Source: Candidatus Falkowbacteria bacterium (GTDB taxonomy: Bacteria; Patescibacteriota; Patescibacteriia; CAIXNZ01). Taken from it: DNA of 64,000 nucleotides. The stretch's first letter is position 1; each line of letters starts with the position of its first letter. Made by a program: the position numbers and the translations under genes. The stretch spans positions 131,522 to 195,521 of the forward strand of contig CAVZGV010000004.1 of the NCBI GenBank assembly GCA_963774955.1. Reading direction: 5' to 3'. Of this stretch, positions 58,737 through 64,000 are shown piece after piece. The notes under the pieces are model-generated. The model saw nothing but the letters and a program-made list of their open reading frames with translations, was not told the origin of the DNA and made no database searches.

Positions 58737-59948
58737 TTAAGGAACCGGGCAGTATTCGGTGATTTTCAGATTATAATAGCCGGGATAATTAGTATCCGGC
58801 CAATACACATTGACGTAAAAGCTGTAATCACCAGTCTCAGCGCAAGGATACAGCCCTTCGGTGGTATAGACATCAATTGCTGAATTGGGATAGGCCGACA
58901 TCAGCCACCAACCACTGGGGTGATAAAGGCTGAAATAAGTGCCGACCGGCGTAACTGCGTCAGAAGCAAGATAGTCCACACCGGTTGTTACAAAGGTGTA
59001 CACACACCCCTGCATAAGGTTTGGTTCATATCTTACCGAGCCGGAAAGGTCAATGTAGTGATTACTGTCAAAAATGACCTCGGGCTGAAATTTCCTCGGA
59101 TCGGGAACTTCCCGTACCTGGAAATCCAAAGTGTTCAGATTATAAACTGACAAATAGTCAGCCGTCAAAGCAAAATTATGCGTAACAGTGTACCAAGTCA
59201 CTCCGGCAAAATTAATGCCGATGACTTCACCCTTCTTGTTAAGCAGGGGGCCACCGCTATTGCCATGATCGATTTGGGCATCGATCTTAATGAGCTTGGT
59301 GTCCATAAAGACCCAGCCCAGACCAACATCCCAGTTGGTCAGCAGGGCGGTAATGTTGCCGACTGCGGCCACAAAATCATAGGAAAGGGGATAGCCCATG
59401 GCCATGACTTCATCCAGGATCTGCTGGTCCTGCCAACGAGATTGAACCAAGGGCAAAGGTTTTCTGTCTAGTGTTTCCACTTGCAGAAAAGCGATGTCCC
59501 TTCCAGACTCGCCGACTACGCCCTGAACTTCATATAATTGGTTTAAAAACTCGTTGCCATTGAGAGTATTATAAGCCGGATAGCGCACCATCAACTTATA
59601 ATATACGATCTCATCAGGAAACTGATTCCAGATAATCTCCGGAAAATACTCCGCCACGTGCCAATTGGTGGCCACAACGCCGTCAGCCACGACAAAGCCG
59701 GAGCCATGGCCGTACTGAAAGCAGTAATCGGCAACGACAAAGCATTGATAAATTTCCACCTTGACCACGGACTTGATGGACTGCTGGTAGATGTCCTGCC
59801 AGTCGACATCATCTACCTGGCCGCCACCATTGTCTCCGGGCTGCTTGTAAACGATCTTGACGTCCTGCTCAGGCGGGGCACAGCCCTGAATCAGCAGGCT
59901 GGACAGGCTCACACAAAACACCAATACCGCAATCAGACGAATTCGCAT
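58737..59948 (-). CDS. Trypsin-like (S1 family) serine protease lipoprotein, GC-rich
   Basis: Lipobox LLIQGC; His block GSGFVVADGVVATNWHV; Ser block HGNSGGPLLNKKGEVIGIN. A terminator with loop GGATTTCTCC lies at 58690-58722. Confidence 0.65.
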   Translation of the reverse strand: MRIRLIAVLVFCVSLSSLLIQGCAPPEQDVKIVYKQPGDNGGGQVDDVDWQDIYQQSIKSVVKVEIYQCFVVADYCFQYGHGSGFVVADGVVATNWHVAEYFPEIIWNQFPDEIVYYKLMVRYPAYNTLNGNEFLNQLYEVQGVVGESGRDIAFLQVETLDRKPLPLVQSRWQDQQILDEVMAMGYPLSYDFVAAVGNITALLTNWDVGLGWVFMDTKLIKIDAQIDHGNSGGPLLNKKGEVIGINFAGVTWYTVTHNFALTADYLSVYNLNTLDFQVREVPDPRKFQPEVIFDSNHYIDLSGSVRYEPNLMQGCVYTFVTTGVDYLASDAVTPVGTYFSLYHPSGWWLMSAYPNSAIDVYTTEGLYPCAETGDYSFYVNVYWPDTNYPGYYNLKITEYCPVP

Positions 59949-60258
59949 CTTCTTTCTCCTTTTCTTGCCTTTTTAGATTGACTAAAAAGGGTTGGGGCTT
60001 TTGATTTTATGGCAGTTTTCAAATTGAAAACACCGATTTAACTTTCAAAATGCAAACATTAAACGAATAATCCATTATATGCCTTTTTTTGTCATTTGTC
60101 AAGGGATATTGATAAAACAAAAAAGAAAAAATGGAAACATTCCTTTTTCTAAATCCTTAAAAATGCTAAAATATGGATATAGCAGAGAGCCAAGGTTGCT
60201 GTCATCATAATATTAATTGCGATTATTGCCTGGATGCTTTATAAATTTATACTCTAAT

Positions 60259-60762
60259 ATGAAAATTGCTATCATATCTGACTCGCACGATAACTTGCCT
60301 AATATCGAAAAGGCAATCAAATTCATAAATAAACAAAAAATATCCGTTATGATTCATTGCGGAGATGTTTGCGCTCCCATCATCCTAGGAGAGTTTGGCA
60401 AATTATTTAAGGGCAAAGCCATTCATGTAGTCAAAGGCAATGTGGACGGTGATATTGACGGCTTTAAAACCTGGGCTAAAAAATATCCAAAAATAAAATA
60501 TCATGGTGAAACAGGAAAAATTGAAGTTGATGGTTTGAAACTTGTTTTTTGCCATGAACCTTTTGTCGCCAAAAAAATGGCCCAATCACAAAGATATGGT
60601 TTTGTTTTTCATGGACATACCCATAAGCCCTGGCAGGAAAAAATCGGCGAGACAACGATTATCAACCCCGGAACCCTGGCCGGACTGTTTAATAAAGCAA
60701 CCTTTGCTATTTTTGACACTGAGACTAAAAAAGCCCAATTAATCCTGCTGGAAAGAATTTGA
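60259..60762 (+). CDS. Metallophosphoesterase, YfcE/MJ0936 family
   Basis: MKIAIISDSHDN...HCGDV...GNVDGD...GHTHKP phosphoesterase motifs. Confidence 0.7.
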   Translation: MKIAIISDSHDNLPNIEKAIKFINKQKISVMIHCGDVCAPIILGEFGKLFKGKAIHVVKGNVDGDIDGFKTWAKKYPKIKYHGETGKIEVDGLKLVFCHEPFVAKKMAQSQRYGFVFHGHTHKPWQEKIGETTIINPGTLAGLFNKATFAIFDTETKKAQLILLERI

Positions 60763-60804
60763 GCGTTTCCTTGGCCTTTATTTTTTATTATAAAAAGAAA
60801 GGCG

Positions 60805-61005
60805 CTATTGACTAGCGCCTTTTAATAATTCGTCAACTGCAAAGTTAAGCGAACATGCGGGACAGGTTAGCGAACAGATGTCCCTAATTTTTAAATCACC
60901 CCAGCAATAGGGGCAACACTTTTTCAGAGCCAGCTGCCGCTTATCATATAACTCTGTCATCACTTGCTGCCTCCGCTCCACATCTGCTTTGCACTCCTCC
61001 TTCAT
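60805..61005 (-). CDS. Small zinc-ribbon protein (CPYC...CPAC)
   Basis: 66 aa with RBS GAGGAGGGG. Confidence 0.45.
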   Translation of the reverse strand: MKEECKADVERRQQVMTELYDKRQLALKKCCPYCWGDLKIRDICSLTCPACSLNFAVDELLKGASQ

Positions 61006-61104
61006 TTTCCCCTCCTCAGCAAAAATTTGGTATACTTATAGTATATTTAATTAATATCTATAAATCAATCCGTCTTAATGCGGAAGTTTTAATCAACATT
61101 ATAT

Positions 61105-61557
61105 ATGCTAGAAATTATAATTTTAACTGCCAAGATGATCTTAGCGATTATTTTAGGCGGTATTATCGGTCTGGAAAGAGAAACTCTGGGTAAACCAGCC
61201 GGTTCAAGAACTTACGCTTTAATCACCCTGGGCTCAGCCTTATTTACTTCACTGGCTATTAATGGCTTCGGCGGGTTCGCTAACGCCGATCCGGGACGCG
61301 TGGCCGGCCAAATAATTACGGGCATTGGCTTTATCGGCGCGGGCATGATTATTTTTCACAAACAACACGTTGAAGGCATTACTTCAGCCTCGGCTCTATG
61401 GGCAACTGCTGCTGTTGGTATGGCTGTCGGCTTGGGACAATATTATACCGCTGTCATTGCCACTATCTTTATCTTCTTGTTGCTTTATATTGTCAGAAAA
61501 ATTGAATTTTCTAAATCAAAGAAGAATACTTTGTGGGATTTGTTTGAAAAAAAATAA
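61105..61557 (+). CDS. MgtC/SapB-family membrane protein
   Basis: IILGGIIGLERE...RTYALITLGSALFT...GIGFIGAG conserved MgtC blocks. Confidence 0.7.
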   Translation: MLEIIILTAKMILAIILGGIIGLERETLGKPAGSRTYALITLGSALFTSLAINGFGGFANADPGRVAGQIITGIGFIGAGMIIFHKQHVEGITSASALWATAAVGMAVGLGQYYTAVIATIFIFLLLYIVRKIEFSKSKKNTLWDLFEKK

Positions 61558-61587
61558 CCAACAGAGCACTTTCATATTTTGTAATCT

Positions 61588-62196
61588 ATGATTATCAGTA
61601 TCAACCCCAAAAACCCAGAACCCGCAAAAATTGAACAAGCAGTAGACAGCCTTAACTCTGGGGGTATTATTGTCTATCCCACAGATACAATTTACGGAGT
61701 TGGCTGTGATATTTTTAATAAAGAAGCGGTTAAAAAAATATACCAGCTTAAAAAAAGAGAGTCAAAAAAACCACTGAGCATAATCTGCGCTGATTTTAAA
61801 CAAATTGCCCAGTACGCAATTTTATCAGACGCTAATTACCGACTAATAAAAAAAGTCCTGCCCGGACCATTTACCTTTATTTTAAAGGCCAAAAACAAAT
61901 TGCCGGCAACATTTATTGCCAAAAATAAAACCGTGGGAATTCGAATTCCGGATAATCAGATTTGCCTGCAAATAGTTAAAGCGCTTGAACGTCCCATTAT
62001 TACCACCAGCTTAAATCTCTCCGGAGAAGATGTAATGACTTCACCCTCTCAATTATCTAAAGAGCTGGCAAATAAAATCGATTTAATCATTGACGTTGGG
62101 TCCTTGCCCCAGGAACCGTCAACTGTGGTTAATTTAACCACCGAAGAACCAATTATTTTAAGACAGGGCAAAGGAGATCTTTCCCCATTTATTTAA
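61588..62196 (+). CDS. tsaC: L-threonylcarbamoyladenylate synthase (TsaC/YrdC/Sua5 family)
   Basis: GGIIVYPTDTIYGVGCD...KPLSII...PGPFTFIL...VGIRIP. Confidence 0.8.
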   Translation: MIISINPKNPEPAKIEQAVDSLNSGGIIVYPTDTIYGVGCDIFNKEAVKKIYQLKKRESKKPLSIICADFKQIAQYAILSDANYRLIKKVLPGPFTFILKAKNKLPATFIAKNKTVGIRIPDNQICLQIVKALERPIITTSLNLSGEDVMTSPSQLSKELANKIDLIIDVGSLPQEPSTVVNLTTEEPIILRQGKGDLSPFI

Positions 62197-62211
62197 GAAC
62201 TAACCTATAAT

Positions 62212-62484
62212 ATGCCTCGTATTATTTTAATAATCATTCTTTGTCTCTTGGCCGCTGCAGTCGTCGCCTTATTGTTTACTGCCCTTTTTACGCCAATCCA
62301 AAAAATCCGTTATTCTGACTGCATTTTGCTGCAAAATCCAGAAAATGACCAAATCGACTGTTTTGGTTGTGTGGCTAATAATTGCAAAGATGCTCCTGCC
62401 AACTGGGTCAAATACACTCGTCCGGAAATTGGCATTCCTTATGCCTGCTTTAAAAGCGATAACGGCTGCCAATTGGCTCAGTAG
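62212..62484 (+). CDS. Small membrane-anchored hypothetical protein (Cys-rich C-terminal part)
   Basis: 90-aa ORF. Confidence 0.35.
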   Translation: MPRIILIIILCLLAAAVVALLFTALFTPIQKIRYSDCILLQNPENDQIDCFGCVANNCKDAPANWVKYTRPEIGIPYACFKSDNGCQLAQ

Positions 62485-62507
62485 CCAAGCTTACTAAAGG
62501 GAAACCT

Positions 62508-62738
62508 ATGGACGAAACAATTTATAAAATTAAAGTTATCCCAAACTCCAAAATCAATAAACTTATTGAAACCGGGGATAATTACCTTAAAATTAAACTG
62601 ACTGCTCCGGCGCTTGAAGGCAAGGCCAATAAAGCGCTTATTGCTTTTTTAAGCGAACATTTTAAACTGCCTAAAAATCGGGTTAGCCTAATCTCAGGAG
62701 AAAAATCCAGAGAAAAAATCGTTAAAATTTTACTTTAA
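62508..62738 (+). CDS. DUF167 / YggU-family protein
   Basis: IKVIPNSKINKLIE...LKIKLTAPALEGKANKALIAFLSEHFKL. A terminator follows at 62750-62790. Confidence 0.6.
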   Translation: MDETIYKIKVIPNSKINKLIETGDNYLKIKLTAPALEGKANKALIAFLSEHFKLPKNRVSLISGEKSREKIVKILL

Positions 62739-62801
62739 ATATTCACCAATAAAAAACGGCCCCGACAAACGGGGCGTTTTTTTATTTTCAACAATCATTT
62801 G

Positions 62802-63065
62802 TTAGGGGATTGGATCATAGCCGCCCTTGGACAGGGGGGTACAGCGTAATATTCTTTTAGTTCCCAGCCACAAGCCTTTAATTACCCCGTATTTATCAAC
62901 GGCCTGATAAGTATACTGGCTGCAAGTCGGATGAAATCTGCAACCCAAAAAGGGAAAGACCTTCCCTAGCGGACCGTGATCAAAAGACAAAGTATTCTGA
63001 TAAAAAGTAATCGCCCATAAAACAATATGTTTGATAAACGTTTTAATTGCTTGGCTTAATTTCAT
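62802..63065 (-). CDS. yidD: Membrane protein insertion efficiency factor YidD
   Basis: FYQNTLS...[46 protein letters not shown]. Confidence 0.8.
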   Translation of the reverse strand: MKLSQAIKTFIKHIVLWAITFYQNTLSFDHGPLGKVFPFLGCRFHPTCSQYTYQAVDKYGVIKGLWLGTKRILRCTPLSKGGYDPIP

Positions 63066-63415
63066 ATAATTCCGGACTTTTTAAAAACCATTAATAACTT
63101 TTCTTTTATCTTGTCAAAGGCTAAGATTTTATCGGGGGAATTGATTATTTTAGGCGAAGCTAAAATAACAGCGTCCCAGCCGCATTTGGTTTTGGGCCAA
63201 AGATCACGCGCTGCTTCTCGAAGCCTGCGCTTAACCAGATTACGGCTGACTGCCTTTTTACTCACCTTGGCTGAAACTATAACAGTCAGACGATTTTTCT
63301 CTAAGAGATTTGGCCTAACTTTGAGCATTAAAACCGGGGCATAAAAAGCCTTGCCGCTTTTCATTATGGCCTTAATATCCTTAGTTTTATTTAAGCGGTT
63401 AAGTTTTTTCAGCAT
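63062..63415 (-). CDS. rnpA: RNase P protein component
   Basis: Basic 117-aa protein with [16 protein letters not shown]-like motif. It sits between rpmH and yidD. Confidence 0.8.
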   Translation of the reverse strand: MLKKLNRLNKTKDIKAIMKSGKAFYAPVLMLKVRPNLLEKNRLTVIVSAKVSKKAVSRNLVKRRLREAARDLWPKTKCGWDAVILASPKIINSPDKILAFDKIKEKLLMVFKKSGII

Positions 63416-63458
63416 ATACTCAAAAATTCAGCGCTAACTTTATAGTAGCGCTGAATCA

Positions 63459-63620
63459 TTATTTTTTACCGATTCTTTCGTTAGAAACCGTTAATTTTTT
63501 ACGGCCTTTTGCCTTCCTTCTTTTTAAAACATCTTGACCGGTTTTGGATTTCATCCGCCGACGAAAACCATGCGTCTTTGCTCGTTTGCGCTTTTTGGGT
63601 TGATAAGTTCTTTTTGGCAT
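63459..63620 (-). CDS. rpmH: 50S ribosomal protein L34 (53 aa, absent from the ORF track)
   Basis: The reverse strand reads [53 protein letters not shown]. Confidence 0.8.
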   Translation of the reverse strand: MPKRTYQPKKRKRAKTHGFRRRMKSKTGQDVLKRRKAKGRKKLTVSNERIGKK

Positions 63621-63910
63621 AAATACAACTGATTATAAATTAACATTAAAGATTTAAGTAACCTTAGATAAACTTTTTGATTTTAAATCGCCGAGCTTAG
63701 CCCTTAAATCTACTGAGATAATAACACCTGTGGAAAAATTTGTCAAAATCAAAAACTTGTATTAAACTGAATCCACAGAATATTAACAACCTATTAACAG
63801 TTGCCGGCTTGCTAGGATTTTTTATACTGTTCATTTGTGTTATTATTTAAATATTAAATCTTCCTCATTCCCTATTTAGGGGGTAAGCCGTAATAAAAAG
63901 GGGAATTATT
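63621..63910. promoter_or_regulatory. rpmH-dnaA intergenic region: candidate oriC/dnaA promoter with DnaA-box-like 9-mers
   Basis: cctgTGGAAAAa (63727-63740) and aATCCACAg (63770-63780) each match TTATCCACA at 8 of 9 positions; the region is AT-rich. Confidence 0.4.
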
Positions 63911-64000
63911 ATGAATACTCAACAAATTTGGCAAGCTGTCTTAGGAGATTTAGAGATTTCTCTTTCTAAGGCCAATTTTACCACTTGGTTTAAAGGCACG
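63911..64000 (+). CDS. dnaA: Chromosomal replication initiator DnaA (N-terminal 30 aa; runs off the window end)
   Basis: MNTQQIWQAVLGDLEISLSKANFTTWFKGT is a typical DnaA N-terminus. RBS AAAGGGG. Confidence 0.8.
   Translation, partial: MNTQQIWQAVLGDLEISLSKANFTTWFKGT

Overview
This is a low-GC bacterial chromosomal window (likely a CPR/Patescibacteria-type genome) ending at the origin region with rpmH-rnpA-yidD on the minus strand and the start of dnaA on the plus strand. Recognisable housekeeping genes are rpsF-ssb-rpsR-efp, recA, a RodZ-like gene, ftsK, trigger factor, rpsP, a KH-domain protein, trmD, tsaC/yrdC and an MgtC-family protein. There is a 16S rRNA gene on the minus strand with no linked 23S, and tRNA-Ile(GAT), tRNA-Phe(GAA, CCA encoded), tRNA-Pro(TGG) and tRNA-Gly(TCC). 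Several GC-rich islands interrupt this backbone.

The most striking features are:
- An integron-like array of about ten short, same-direction, mostly unknown ORFs at 26.35-31.87 kb, each followed by the same conserved ~85-bp multi-hairpin repeat. No integrase is visible.
- Directly upstream of that array, a ~58 % GC island encoding a Ro60/Rsr (TROVE+vWA) protein with structured flanking non-coding DNA, which is a candidate Y-RNA locus.
- An odd tRNA-Gly locus in which an intact tRNA-Gly sits between the 5' and 3' halves of a second tRNA-Gly copy. The inner ends of the two halves are mutually complementary, and the same GC-rich CCGCC...GGCGGGCAGG insert recurs in a tRNA-Ile fragment.
- An ORF-free ~800-nt transcription unit with a strong promoter and a strong terminator at 35.09-35.93 kb.
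- A candidate RiPP locus: a 75-aa precursor next to a radical SAM/SPASM maturase.
- An IS200-like HUH transposase carrying an in-frame perfect 34-bp palindrome.
- Several families of intergenic repeats: purine-rich palindromes, a ~150-bp terminator-promoter module, TACAAAT iteron-like blocks, and duplicated promoter modules.

All calls are made by eye from the sequence and the supplied ORF track. No database searches were run.
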